The notes under the pieces are model-generated. The model saw only the letters and a program-made list of their open reading frames with translations. It did not search any database and was not told the DNA's origin. Of a stretch of DNA of 64,000 nt, positions 1 to 9,194 are shown piece after piece. The stretch comes from an uncultured Bacilli bacterium (lineage in GTDB: Bacteria; Bacillota_I; Bacilli_A; RF39; UBA660): positions 4,297-68,296 of the forward strand of contig CANQNL010000002.1 of assembly GCA_947625215.1 (NCBI GenBank), given 5' to 3'. Numbering within the stretch: the first letter of the stretch is position 1; each line of letters begins with the position of its first letter. The translations under genes were made by a program, and so were the position numbers.

Positions 1-981
1 ATATTTTGCTGAACCACTAATTAGTTGTAAATAGTCGATGATAACGACATCTAAACCATCACTAGAATTAGCTAGTCTACGACATTTAGCTCTAATTTCA
101 CTTACTGTCATTCCTGGAGTATCATCGATAAATATTTTGGTATCAGCTAGTCTACTTATCGCTTCATTAACTCTTTTCCAATCACTATGTTCTAGTTTTC
201 CTGTCGCTAGCTTTGATAGTTCAATTTGACCAACTGAAGCTAGCATTCTATTGATTAATTGTTCAGCGCCCATTTCCATTGTAAATAAAGCAACTGTTTT
301 TTTAGCATTAATAGCCATATTAACAGCTAAATTTAAAGCAAATGCGGTTTTTCCCATTGCTGGTCTAGCTGCCAAAATTATTAATTCATTATTATGAAAT
401 CCTTTAGTAATTCTATCTAAATCATAAAATCCTGAAGGAATACCTGTTATTTCACCTTTTTGTTTTGATAATTCTTCTAAATCAGCTTGGGCTTTAAATA
501 AGACATCCTGGATCGTTCTAAATTCTGTTCCCATTCGATATTTTACAACATCTTGAACACCCTTTTCAGCTTCATCTAAAATATCGCCGATATTTTCGGT
601 TGAAGAAAAGCCATCACCGACTATTTTAGTTGCTGTTTCAATTAAGCTTCTTCTTAAGAATTGTTCTTCTATAATTTTTAAATAATAATCAACATTAGCG
701 GCCGTTGGCACACTATTAATTATTTCTGTTAAATTTTCAACGCCACCAACTGAACCTAATATTTTTCGTTTATCAAGTTCAGCAGTAACTGTAGTAATAT
801 CAATGGGAGTTCCTTTTTCAGCTAAATATTTAATAGTATCAAATATTTTAGCGTGCGCTTCTAAATAAAAATGATAAGAAGAAACTTGTTCTAAGCTTTT
901 CTCTAAGGCATTTTTACTTAAAAACATTGACCCTAATACTGCTTGTTCGGCATCTATGTTGTGAGGCATTACTCTTTCCAT
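1..981 (-). CDS. dnaB: Replicative DNA helicase DnaB (N-terminal 327 codons; 3' end runs off the left edge)
   Basis: My own translation of the minus strand from ATG 981..979 gives MERVMPHNIDAEQAVLGSMFLSKNA..., then a Walker A-like AARPAMGKT, and ends ...VVIIDYLQLISGSAKY. RBS AAGGTGA lies 5 nt upstream. An alternative in-frame ATG at 996 forms an ATGA overlap with the rplI stop. The frame stays open to base 1. It is absent from the ORF track because there is no stop in the window. Synteny DHH-rplI-dnaB matches Bacillus yybT-rplI-dnaC. Confidence 0.9.
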   Translation of the reverse strand, partial: MERVMPHNIDAEQAVLGSMFLSKNALEKSLEQVSSYHFYLEAHAKIFDTIKYLAEKGTPIDITTVTAELDKRKILGSVGGVENLTEIINSVPTAANVDYYLKIIEEQFLRRSLIETATKIVGDGFSSTENIGDILDEAEKGVQDVVKYRMGTEFRTIQDVLFKAQADLEELSKQKGEITGIPSGFYDLDRITKGFHNNELIILAARPAMGKTAFALNLAVNMAINAKKTVALFTMEMGAEQLINRMLASVGQIELSKLATGKLEHSDWKRVNEAISRLADTKIFIDDTPGMTVSEIRAKCRRLANSSDGLDVVIIDYLQLISGSAKY

Positions 982-992
982 ACTTATCACCT

Positions 993-1430
993 TCATTTTA
1001 TAAGTCTTACTTTTAATGATGCAGTTACTTCTTTATGTAAATCAATATCAACGTTAGTTATTCCTAAAGTATTAATTGGTACATCGATTTTTATTTTTCG
1101 TTTATCAATATCTATTCCTTTATTTTTTAATTCACTTGCGATTTGTTTTGAACTAATAGAGCCAAATACTTGGTCTTCTTTACCAACTTTGACTTTGAAA
1201 TCCAAAGTTAGTTTTTCTATTTGTTTTTTTTGCTCTTGGCACTCTTCTAATAATTTATCGGCTTTTTCTTTAGCTTCTTTATTTTGTTTTGCTAAAACTT
1301 CTTTACTTCCTTTAGTTTCTAAAACCGCTAGATTATTAGTAATTAAATAATTTCCATAGCCATCTTTAACGGTAATTATCTCGCCCTTTTTACCTTGCTT
1401 TTTAACATCTTCTAAAAGAATTACACGCAT
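993..1430 (-). CDS. rplI: 50S ribosomal protein L9
   Basis: 145 aa. The N-terminus MRVILLEDVKKQGKKGEIITVKDGYGNYL is the classic L9 signature, and the gene sits next to dnaB. Confidence 0.95.
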   Translation of the reverse strand: MRVILLEDVKKQGKKGEIITVKDGYGNYLITNNLAVLETKGSKEVLAKQNKEAKEKADKLLEECQEQKKQIEKLTLDFKVKVGKEDQVFGSISSKQIASELKNKGIDIDKRKIKIDVPINTLGITNVDIDLHKEVTASLKVRLIK

Positions 1431-1431
1431 T

Positions 1432-2418
1432 TTATCCCTCCGTGACTACTTTTTTTATCATTTCAATAACTTCGGCATTTGTTTTGTCAGTAAACTGGGC
1501 GGCAGCATCTGTAACGTGGCCACCACCACCGATTGCTTCCATAATTACAGCAGCGCTTACTTTTCCCATTGAGCGAGCGCTTACTCCAACTTTATTAGGT
1601 CCTAATTTACCAACAGCAAATGATACTTCGACTTTATCAAATCTTAATAATTCATCGGCTAAAATAGCTAAATCAACAGGATCATTTATTTCTTCTTCAC
1701 CCATATCACATAATAAATATTTTTCACATATAAAATAACTGTTTTTTATATGATTATTTCTTCTAATAACATCTTCTTTTGATTCTTGTAAAATTTCTTT
1801 TTTTAATATAGGATCCGCACCTAATCTAGTTAAAAATCCAACCATTTGAAAAGTGTTTTCAGTTGTTTTTAAACTAAATGAATGTGTATCTATTTCCATT
1901 CCTGCTGCCATTAAAGTTATAATTACTGGATCTAAAGTTTTATTTAAATATCTTAAATATTCCGTAATTATTTCAACAACACTAGATTTATTAGAATTAA
2001 TATATTCAAATACTGTATTTGAAATATGTTCAGAACTATTTGTATGATGGTCAATTACAAATATGTCTTTGACTTCATCTAATAATTCTGATGACTCCAC
2101 TAAAGATGGTTTTTGAGTATCTAGGACGATAAGTAATGTATTATCATCAATTAATTTCTTTATTTCTCCAGCTTTTTTAAAATTAATTTCTATACCTTTA
2201 TTTTTAAGGGCCGCTAACCCTTTATCAACTGACATATTTACTCTTTCTTTAGGAAATACAACATATGCTGTTTTTTTGAAACTTTCAATAATTTTAGCTA
2301 AAGCAATTGCACTACCTAAGCCATCTAAATCGGGATGTTTATGAGTCATTAAGACAACATTTGAATGTGATTTTATATCTTCAGTTAGTTTTTTAAATAA
2401 ATAATCCATTCTAGTCAC
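1432..2418 (-). CDS. DHH/DHHA1 family phosphoesterase (NrnA-like size, in the position usually held by GdpP/YybT)
   Basis: 328 aa with DHH motifs (HKHPDLDGLGS, VIDHH) and the DHHA1 motif GGGGH. No N-terminal TM/PAS/GGDEF region is present. Confidence 0.8.
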   Translation of the reverse strand: MTRMDYLFKKLTEDIKSHSNVVLMTHKHPDLDGLGSAIALAKIIESFKKTAYVVFPKERVNMSVDKGLAALKNKGIEINFKKAGEIKKLIDDNTLLIVLDTQKPSLVESSELLDEVKDIFVIDHHTNSSEHISNTVFEYINSNKSSVVEIITEYLRYLNKTLDPVIITLMAAGMEIDTHSFSLKTTENTFQMVGFLTRLGADPILKKEILQESKEDVIRRNNHIKNSYFICEKYLLCDMGEEEINDPVDLAILADELLRFDKVEVSFAVGKLGPNKVGVSARSMGKVSAAVIMEAIGGGGHVTDAAAQFTDKTNAEVIEMIKKVVTEG

Positions 2419-2613
2419 CTCTAATAAACATTATACTATAAATTTGATAAGTTGTCTTTATTATAAAAGAAAAAAAACAAGAGATTTTTATTTTATTGGT
2501 CTGCTTATTAGGATTAATAATGTTTTATAATTCCATTTAATTTACATCAATAATTTTTCTATTAATTTTATTTTATAATTTTAGTACAATTAGATGCGCC
2601 AAAACCTTTAAAA

Positions 2614-2622
2614 TGATATAAT
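2614..2622 (+). promoter_or_regulatory. Candidate extended -10 promoter (TGATATAAT) for the Abi-like gene
   Basis: TGATATAAT lies 22 nt upstream of ATG 2645, followed by RBS GAGGTGA. No clear -35 element. Confidence 0.4.
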
Positions 2623-2644
2623 AATACATACGAGGTGATTAGCT

Positions 2645-4162
2645 ATGGAAACAAATTCAACTAACAAACTTATTATAATTACTAAAAATAAAGGTATAAA
2701 ATTTTTAAAAGGTGATAAATCTTTATTTACAAAATACAGTTATTTTCAAGTAATTAATGCATATAAGAATCTTTTTGTTTGTGATGAAGATACTATAGAC
2801 GAAATAAAAAAGAATATTGAAAATAAAATAAAATTAGGTTTTTATAGAAAATCCTTTCAAATAAAAGATGATGTTACTGACGATAACTTGTTTGAAGCAA
2901 TATGTAATAAAATATGCAAAAAATATGGTTTGTGTGGGAAAACACTACAGGAAAAAGAGGAGCAAATAAAAATTATAAAATACCATCATCATATCTATAA
3001 TCCTAACACTTTGTATACAGATTTTATCAGAATGTATAAATTCGAACATGAATTAAGAATGTTACTATTAAAATACACTTTGATAGTAGAAGAAAGTATA
3101 AAGAATATTTTCATTTCTTATCTTAATGATAAAAATGCTGAGCCAAATTATCTTGTTAATATGGATAATTATAATACTAACTCTTTAAAATCAAAATCTT
3201 TTGACACAATGAAGTTAATAATTGATAAATATGACAATCAAAAATCAAAACCAATAAAGAGGAAAAGAGATCAACACTTAATTGTTCCATATTGGATTAT
3301 TATTAATGAATTAGCTATGAATCAAACTTACTATGCAATAGCTAATTTGAATTCAAATGATTCAAATAAGATATTTTTAAAATGTTTAAATTTTTTTACT
3401 AATCTTAATTTATCCGAAGAAAAAAAAGGAAAAGCTACAAAACAGATAACTTATGAACGGAAAATGGTTAATAATTTCAAAACCTTATTATGCTATTTAG
3501 GCGAATTTAGAAATATGTTGGCGCATAATCAACCAATATATTGTTATAACGTATTAAACTATAGTATTAATGGTAATCCAAAGTTTGAATATGAGTTACC
3601 ATTAGCAAATCCCGAATATAAAGATAAATATAATAATAAAGTGCCTATAGAAAAACAACAAATAAATATAATGGGATCTCTAATGAATAGTTTGAAAGAA
3701 TATTTTGGTAATGATAATTTTAACTCAAATAATTCTACTAAATTAGATCTTTCAAAAATAATATATATTTTATATAAACTGCTAAAACATATTGATAAAA
3801 ACACTAATTTTTATACTGAATTGGTAGAAATATATTCAAAATATAATATAATTTTAAGTAAATCAGTCATTGAAGTCAAAAATCCTAAAAAAATTAATGA
3901 AATTAAAAATATTATTTCAGAACTATCTACATATGATATGGAAATACCTAATCTTATTGAAAAAATTGAATCTGGTAAAGCATATAAAATGAGTTTAAAA
4001 TCTAAGAATAAACAATTAGAAAACCTAATAAAACAAATTAATCTTATATCCAAAAGTATTAATGTTAATGAAATTAAATCTAAGTATAAACACTTCCCTG
4101 CAGCAAAACGATATACTGAATTTACAGGAATAAATGCAAATTTTTTTACTAATATAAAATAA
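2645..4162 (+). CDS. Abi_2 (AbiD/AbiF-like) abortive-infection family protein with a long K/N-rich C-terminal extension
   Basis: 505 aa. The N-terminal ...KGIKFLKGDKSLFTKYSYFQVINAYKNLF and the central LGEFRNMLAHNQPIY resemble the conserved Abi_2 blocks (the R-N-x-x-A-H motif). The last 170 aa or so are low-complexity and coiled-coil-like. It is a lone plus-strand gene among minus-strand housekeeping genes. Confidence 0.65.
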   Translation: METNSTNKLIIITKNKGIKFLKGDKSLFTKYSYFQVINAYKNLFVCDEDTIDEIKKNIENKIKLGFYRKSFQIKDDVTDDNLFEAICNKICKKYGLCGKTLQEKEEQIKIIKYHHHIYNPNTLYTDFIRMYKFEHELRMLLLKYTLIVEESIKNIFISYLNDKNAEPNYLVNMDNYNTNSLKSKSFDTMKLIIDKYDNQKSKPIKRKRDQHLIVPYWIIINELAMNQTYYAIANLNSNDSNKIFLKCLNFFTNLNLSEEKKGKATKQITYERKMVNNFKTLLCYLGEFRNMLAHNQPIYCYNVLNYSINGNPKFEYELPLANPEYKDKYNNKVPIEKQQINIMGSLMNSLKEYFGNDNFNSNNSTKLDLSKIIYILYKLLKHIDKNTNFYTELVEIYSKYNIILSKSVIEVKNPKKINEIKNIISELSTYDMEIPNLIEKIESGKAYKMSLKSKNKQLENLIKQINLISKSINVNEIKSKYKHFPAAKRYTEFTGINANFFTNIK

Positions 4163-4273
4163 AATGTATAATTATTTCTAAAAAAGCATATAAATATAAT
4201 GGGTTACATATTTACAAAGATATTTAAATATGATATCATAAATATGTAATTAAATTCCGTAATTAACGGGGGG

Positions 4274-4300
4274 AAAAGGAACTGAGGTTCCTTTTTTCTT
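4274..4300 (+). terminator. Rho-independent terminator after the Abi-like gene
   Basis: Stem AAAAGGAAC / GTTCCTTTT with loop TGAG, followed by a T-run. Confidence 0.7.
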
Positions 4301-4303
4301 ACT

Positions 4304-4338
4304 AAAAATCCCATTTCTTTGTCCGAAAAATGGGATTT
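4304..4338 (-). terminator. Rho-independent terminator after the PP2C gene
   Basis: Stem AAATCCCATT / AATGGGATTT. On the minus strand it is followed by TTTTT. Confidence 0.6.
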
Positions 4339-4348
4339 ATATCATTTG

Positions 4349-5191
4349 TCATCTCTTTTTAGTTAATGTTTTACAAGCTAAAGTAGCATTATCTTTTCCA
4401 GCTTTTATTATTGTATCATATTCTGGTGATATATAAGGATAAAAAGAGTCTGTAGTTAAAACGTGATTTATAATATCTTTGCAAGGATTATTACTTGTTT
4501 TAACAATATCTTCAAATGTTTGCTTAGAAATACAATCAGAAACTCCATCAGAACATAGGAAGATTTTTTCTATATCCTTTTTATCAATCTCGTGAAATTT
4601 TACATTTATAAGTTTATTATAATTAATACCTAAATATGAAGTTATAATATTACTCTTTTTATAGAAACGCATCTCTTCATTATCTTTAATTTTACCAGTT
4701 TCATACATTCTTTGAGCATATGAATCATCGTTTGTAACTTGTTTTAATTCCTCATTATTATAAATATATCCGCGGGAATCTCCGATATTAAAAAGTAATG
4801 CTTTTTCTTCATCAGTAAAAGCGGCAACTAAGGTAGATCCACCGCCATAACTTTTTCTTTTTACTGTCATATCTAACTTATCTAAAAATTTATTAAATTC
4901 TATTTGAAAATTATTTAAATCGTTTTTATTTAAGTCTTGAAACCAAAAATACATTTCAGTTACGGTAATATTACTGGCTAGATCACCGTTTTTAGCTCCG
5001 CCTACGCCATCGGCAACTATCAGTAGCTCTTTTTCAGGGTATTTTTGATGCTTAGTAATTAATAAAGAGTCTTCTTGTCTTTTTCGGTAATTTCCAATAT
5101 CCATAATTGCTATTACATCATCAATGTCATATAAAACATAATCTTTTTGCTGTTGTAATTTAGCTAAAACATCTACTTCACAAACATTCAC
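4349..5191 (-). CDS. PP2C-family Ser/Thr protein phosphatase
   Basis: 280 aa with PP2C motifs RKRQEDS, LLIVADGVGGAKNGDLAS and LCSDGVSD. Its start overlaps the whiA stop by 4 nt. Confidence 0.8.
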   Translation of the reverse strand: MNVCEVDVLAKLQQQKDYVLYDIDDVIAIMDIGNYRKRQEDSLLITKHQKYPEKELLIVADGVGGAKNGDLASNITVTEMYFWFQDLNKNDLNNFQIEFNKFLDKLDMTVKRKSYGGGSTLVAAFTDEEKALLFNIGDSRGYIYNNEELKQVTNDDSYAQRMYETGKIKDNEEMRFYKKSNIITSYLGINYNKLINVKFHEIDKKDIEKIFLCSDGVSDCISKQTFEDIVKTSNNPCKDIINHVLTTDSFYPYISPEYDTIIKAGKDNATLACKTLTKKR

Positions 5192-6105
5192 TTTATATCT
5201 CCTTTTTCTCTTAATTTTTGAGCAAAGTTTTTTATTTTATTAAATCGGTGATATATCCCTGATTTTGTAATTTTATTACCGGTTTCAAGTCCTATTATTT
5301 CACTAAGTTCAAGTAATGAAGCATCAGGATATTTTAATCTATATTCACAAACTATTCTTTCTTTTTCATCTAATAAATCTAAAACATCTTTTTCAATTAT
5401 TAAATTAATATCTTTTATTTGATTATTAGAAGTTTCAATTATTCTATCAACATTAGCTTGTTCACAATTATTAAGCCTATTAGTCATATTTTTATGATCT
5501 CTATAAATTCGAATATCTTCATAGTACATTACGGCTTTAAAAGCACCAACCATTCTTAAAAAATCTCCAATTTTTTCCGCTTCTTTAATATAAACCATAT
5601 AATTATTATCACGGTGAAGTACTTTTGAATTTAAAGTATATTTATTTAAAAGATTATTTAAATAATAAGCATACTTTTCATTATTTAAATTAAATTCTAA
5701 ATGATATCTTGAAGTTTTAGGATCATTGATACTTGCACTCATCATAAAAACGCCTCTTAAATAAGCTCTAGCAAGCTCATCATCAGCAACAATAAATTCT
5801 TCAGGTATATCTTTTGTAATTCCTAAATCTTTTACTATTTTGTCTACATTATTTGTAACTTCTAAAATATAATTCATTTTTTTATTATAATTATATCCTT
5901 TTCTTACAGTTATTTTAGGATTGATATGAAAGATTTCTTTAATTAAAACAAAAATTCTTCTAGCTACACTATTATTTTCAGTTGTAATTATAATACTATT
6001 ATCTATATTAGCGGTACTAATAATTCCTGATAATTCTGAAATTCTAGAAGTTTCATTTGTTTCTAATTTAGCTAATTCATCTTTTACAGTACTAGTAAAA
6101 GACAT
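5188..6105 (-). CDS. whiA: DNA-binding protein WhiA
   Basis: 305 aa with the MSFTSTVKDELAK start typical of WhiA and a C-terminal HTH (KSGIYHRFNKI). yvcK-whiA synteny supports the call. Confidence 0.9.
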   Translation of the reverse strand: MSFTSTVKDELAKLETNETSRISELSGIISTANIDNSIIITTENNSVARRIFVLIKEIFHINPKITVRKGYNYNKKMNYILEVTNNVDKIVKDLGITKDIPEEFIVADDELARAYLRGVFMMSASINDPKTSRYHLEFNLNNEKYAYYLNNLLNKYTLNSKVLHRDNNYMVYIKEAEKIGDFLRMVGAFKAVMYYEDIRIYRDHKNMTNRLNNCEQANVDRIIETSNNQIKDINLIIEKDVLDLLDEKERIVCEYRLKYPDASLLELSEIIGLETGNKITKSGIYHRFNKIKNFAQKLREKGDIK

Positions 6106-6115
6106 AATATCACCT

Positions 6116-7066
6116 CTAATCTAATAAGTATGATAAAAGGTTAATTGAAACTTTGAGTGCATTATGTCTAATGGTATTGTTTTCAATTAAAACATAGTTA
6201 TCTTCAATTATATCTACACCTAGTTTTTTAATATTTTTATAATCTATTTCAACTAAATCTTTCTGTTCACTAGCGCCATATTTTTCAATAATTTCTTCAG
6301 ATATTTTTCCGTTATTAACAACAACGGCATCAACTTTCCTGCGTCCTAAATATTTATTTAATAATCTAATATGATGACTTACTGAGAAATCATCAGTTTC
6401 ACCAGGTTGAGTCATTATATTACAAACGTAAATTATTTTAGCCCTGCTTCGGCCAATTTCACGTCTTACTTCTTCACAAATTAAGTTGGGAATAATACTT
6501 GTAAATAAACTACCCATACTTAAAACAATGGCATCAGCTTCTCTTATTGCTTTTAAAACTTCAGGATTAGCTTCTGGTTTTTCTTTATAGAAAACTGATT
6601 TAATTGGTCTTTTATCTTCGGTGATATTGTGCTCACCTTCGACAATACTACCATCTTCCATATTACCCATTAAAATTACATTATCCTCTGTAAGTGGGAG
6701 GACTTTTCCTTTTAATTTTAAAAGGGAATTTAAAAGTTCAATGGCATCTGACATATTACCAGCAATATCATTGGCTCCCGTTAATAAGAGATTGCCTAGT
6801 GGATGTCCATTTAAATCACTATCAGTTACAAAACGATAATTAAGAACTTTTTCAACGTCCTCATCATCTTCAGAAAGACTTATAAGAACTTTTCTGATAT
6901 CACCAACAGCAAGCATATTAAATTCTTCTCTAAGTCTACCCGTACTTTGTCCATCATCACAAACTGAAACCACAGCAGAAATATCAAAAGGTAATTTTTT
7001 TAAACCTTTTAATAAAACGCTCATTCCTGTTCCTCCGCCTAATACAGCTACTTTAATTGCTTCCAC
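6116..7066 (-). CDS. yvcK: YvcK/CofD-like gluconeogenesis factor (UPF0052)
   Basis: 316 aa with the N-terminal VAVLGGGTGMSVLLKGLK motif, located upstream of whiA. Confidence 0.85.
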   Translation of the reverse strand: MEAIKVAVLGGGTGMSVLLKGLKKLPFDISAVVSVCDDGQSTGRLREEFNMLAVGDIRKVLISLSEDDEDVEKVLNYRFVTDSDLNGHPLGNLLLTGANDIAGNMSDAIELLNSLLKLKGKVLPLTEDNVILMGNMEDGSIVEGEHNITEDKRPIKSVFYKEKPEANPEVLKAIREADAIVLSMGSLFTSIIPNLICEEVRREIGRSRAKIIYVCNIMTQPGETDDFSVSHHIRLLNKYLGRRKVDAVVVNNGKISEEIIEKYGASEQKDLVEIDYKNIKKLGVDIIEDNYVLIENNTIRHNALKVSINLLSYLLD

Positions 7067-7940
7067 TTTTCCACCTACTTTTTATACTTAGTGCGGCAAT
7101 AATACCGTCATTAATAGCTGTTGATATTTGATAAAAATCTTTAGAAATAATATCACCAGCCGCATATATGTTTTTCTTTGATGTTTCCATATTTTTGTCT
7201 ACTTTTATATAACCATCTTTAAGATTTATATCTTTAATAAAATCTAGATTTGGCCTTCCTCCAATAGCAATAAATAAGCCTTTTATATCTAATTTTTCAT
7301 CATTATTTAAAATGATACTTTCTAGCTTATTATCTTCAGCATTTAATTTTTTTACTTCTGTTTTTTCTAATACTTTGATATTTGGAAAACTTTTTGCTTG
7401 ATTTATAAGTTCATAACCAGCTTTTATTTTATTTCTAACTAAAATATAAACCTGATTACATATTCCAGCTAAATAAATGGCATTAGTAAAGGCTGAATCA
7501 CCGCCACCGACAACGGCCACATCTTTATTTTTATAAAATGAACCATCACAAACAGCGCAGTAACTTATACCTTTTATTTTATCTATGTTTTCTAAAGGTA
7601 AAGTTTGCGGTGTTTTTCCTACGGCAATTATGATGTTTTCACATTCAAATTCTTCGGTTTTGGTTTTAACTATATAATTATTATTTTCTTGAATACTGAT
7701 TACTTCACCAAATTTATAATCGATATTATTATTTTTAATTTGATTATACATTTTTAAAGCTAAATCAGCTCCACTAATAGATTCAAAACCTAAATAATTT
7801 TCAATAACGCTTGTTTTTAGCATTTGACCTCCGGGAGCATCTTTATCTATTAACAAAGGATTTATCCCAGCTCTTTTCAAATATAAGGAAGCGGCCATAC
7901 CAGCTGCTCCTGAACCAATAATTATTGTATTATATTTCAT
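7053..7940 (-). CDS. trxB: Thioredoxin-disulfide reductase
   Basis: 295 aa with FAD motif IIIGSGAAGMAAS, redox-active CAVCDG and NADPH motif VVGGGDSA. Confidence 0.85.
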   Translation of the reverse strand: MKYNTIIIGSGAAGMAASLYLKRAGINPLLIDKDAPGGQMLKTSVIENYLGFESISGADLALKMYNQIKNNNIDYKFGEVISIQENNNYIVKTKTEEFECENIIIAVGKTPQTLPLENIDKIKGISYCAVCDGSFYKNKDVAVVGGGDSAFTNAIYLAGICNQVYILVRNKIKAGYELINQAKSFPNIKVLEKTEVKKLNAEDNKLESIILNNDEKLDIKGLFIAIGGRPNLDFIKDINLKDGYIKVDKNMETSKKNIYAAGDIISKDFYQISTAINDGIIAALSIKSRWKSGSN

Positions 7941-8744
7941 CTATTTCGCCTCCATATTATATGGCTGATTTTTCTTTAAACTGATTATAAATAATATAAT
8001 GCCAGCTAAACACATTAGTATTGATACTACTTGAGCGATTTTTAAATCAAAAAACATTAAACTATCAGTCCTTAAACTTTCGATAAAAAATCTGCCAATA
8101 CTATACCAGATTAAATATAAACTAGTCATAAATCCTATTTTATTTTTCTTAAGATTTCTTATAAAAAATAAAATTATAAATCCAAGTAAACACCATAATG
8201 ATTCAAAGAAGAATGTTGGTATATAATATGTCCCTCCAATATGCATTCCATCGATAACGAAGCTAGGAAGGTGCATATCTTGAAGATGGGCTAAAGTTGT
8301 GGCTGGCCCGTGGGCTTCACCATTAAAGAAATTCCCCCATCTACCGATGGCCTGACCGATTATAAGGCCAACTACAATAAAATCTAAGATTAATAAAGTA
8401 TTTTTCTTTTTTATATAAAGATAAATTATTATGAAAATTAAGGCGGCAATAATTCCGCCGTGAATTGCGAGACCTCCGTGCCAAAACATAATAATTTCTA
8501 AGGGGTTTTCTAAATAATAATCAAGGTGAAATAAGACAAAATAAGCTCTTGCGCCTAATATACCGATTAAAACTGTGAAAAATATTAAATTCACGATAAA
8601 ATTTTCTTCAAAACCAAACTTTTTTGCTTCTTTTAAAACTAAATATCCTCCTACTATAACCGCTAAAAAGATAAAAATGGAATACCAATGTATACTAATA
8701 AATCCTAAATTAATAACATTATCCATTATTCTTACCTTTTCCAT
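7941..8744 (-). CDS. lgt: Prolipoprotein diacylglyceryl transferase
   Basis: 267 aa polytopic protein with HWYSIFI and GRWGNFFNGEAHG motifs. An alternative start is M7 at 8726. Confidence 0.9.
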   Translation of the reverse strand: MEKVRIMDNVINLGFISIHWYSIFIFLAVIVGGYLVLKEAKKFGFEENFIVNLIFFTVLIGILGARAYFVLFHLDYYLENPLEIIMFWHGGLAIHGGIIAALIFIIIYLYIKKKNTLLILDFIVVGLIIGQAIGRWGNFFNGEAHGPATTLAHLQDMHLPSFVIDGMHIGGTYYIPTFFFESLWCLLGFIILFFIRNLKKNKIGFMTSLYLIWYSIGRFFIESLRTDSLMFFDLKIAQVVSILMCLAGIILFIISLKKNQPYNMEAK

Positions 8745-9144
8745 TTAATTTTTCAAAAACTAAGGTATCCATTAAAACATTTAAAGCGGATATTAAGATT
8801 GAAGCACATACGGCAAACCAAATTCCATAAATGTGAAAATGAGGTCCTAGAATAATATTGACGATTTTTAAAATAATTAGATTTATAAATGGATAAAACA
8901 GTCCTAAAGTAATACCTGTAATAGGAATTGTAAGCCACACTAATAAAGGTTTTATTGTTTTATTTAGTAAATAAATTATTACTGCAGCTACTAAACACCA
9001 TACTCCATAAAAGGCATTATCAATATATAATGTTTGCTTAAAAATTAGTGATGTTACATATAAAATAACCGCATAACCAAACATTCTAATTATCCAGTCA
9101 AAAAGTTTATATAAAGCTTGTTTTGAAAATAATTTTTCGCGCAT
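8719..9144 (-). CDS. YvlD/Phage_holin_4_2-family small membrane protein
   Basis: 141 aa with 4 TM segments. The block IKPLLVWLTIPITGITLGLFYPFINLIILK resembles the family core. Confidence 0.6.
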   Translation of the reverse strand: MREKLFSKQALYKLFDWIIRMFGYAVILYVTSLIFKQTLYIDNAFYGVWCLVAAVIIYLLNKTIKPLLVWLTIPITGITLGLFYPFINLIILKIVNIILGPHFHIYGIWFAVCASILISALNVLMDTLVFEKLNGKGKNNG

Positions 9145-9173
9145 TTTTTCACCTTCTTATGCCCTCTTTTTAT

Positions 9174-9182
9174 ATTATATCA
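9174..9182 (-). promoter_or_regulatory. Candidate extended -10 promoter (TGATATAAT on the minus strand) for the yvlD-like/lgt/trxB gene string
   Basis: The reverse complement of ATTATATCA is TGATATAAT, about 30 nt upstream of ATG 9144. Confidence 0.35.
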
Positions 9183-9194
9183 TATATAAGAAGT

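Noticed and set aside
4163-4273. A palindrome TTACATATTT...AAATATGTAA (4205..4249) and a CCGTAATTAACGG hairpin downstream of the Abi-like gene as a small RNA or antitoxin RNA.
   Set aside because: AT-rich palindromes of this size are common here, and I found no promoter or terminator pairing that defines a discrete transcript. They may simply be part of the terminator region.
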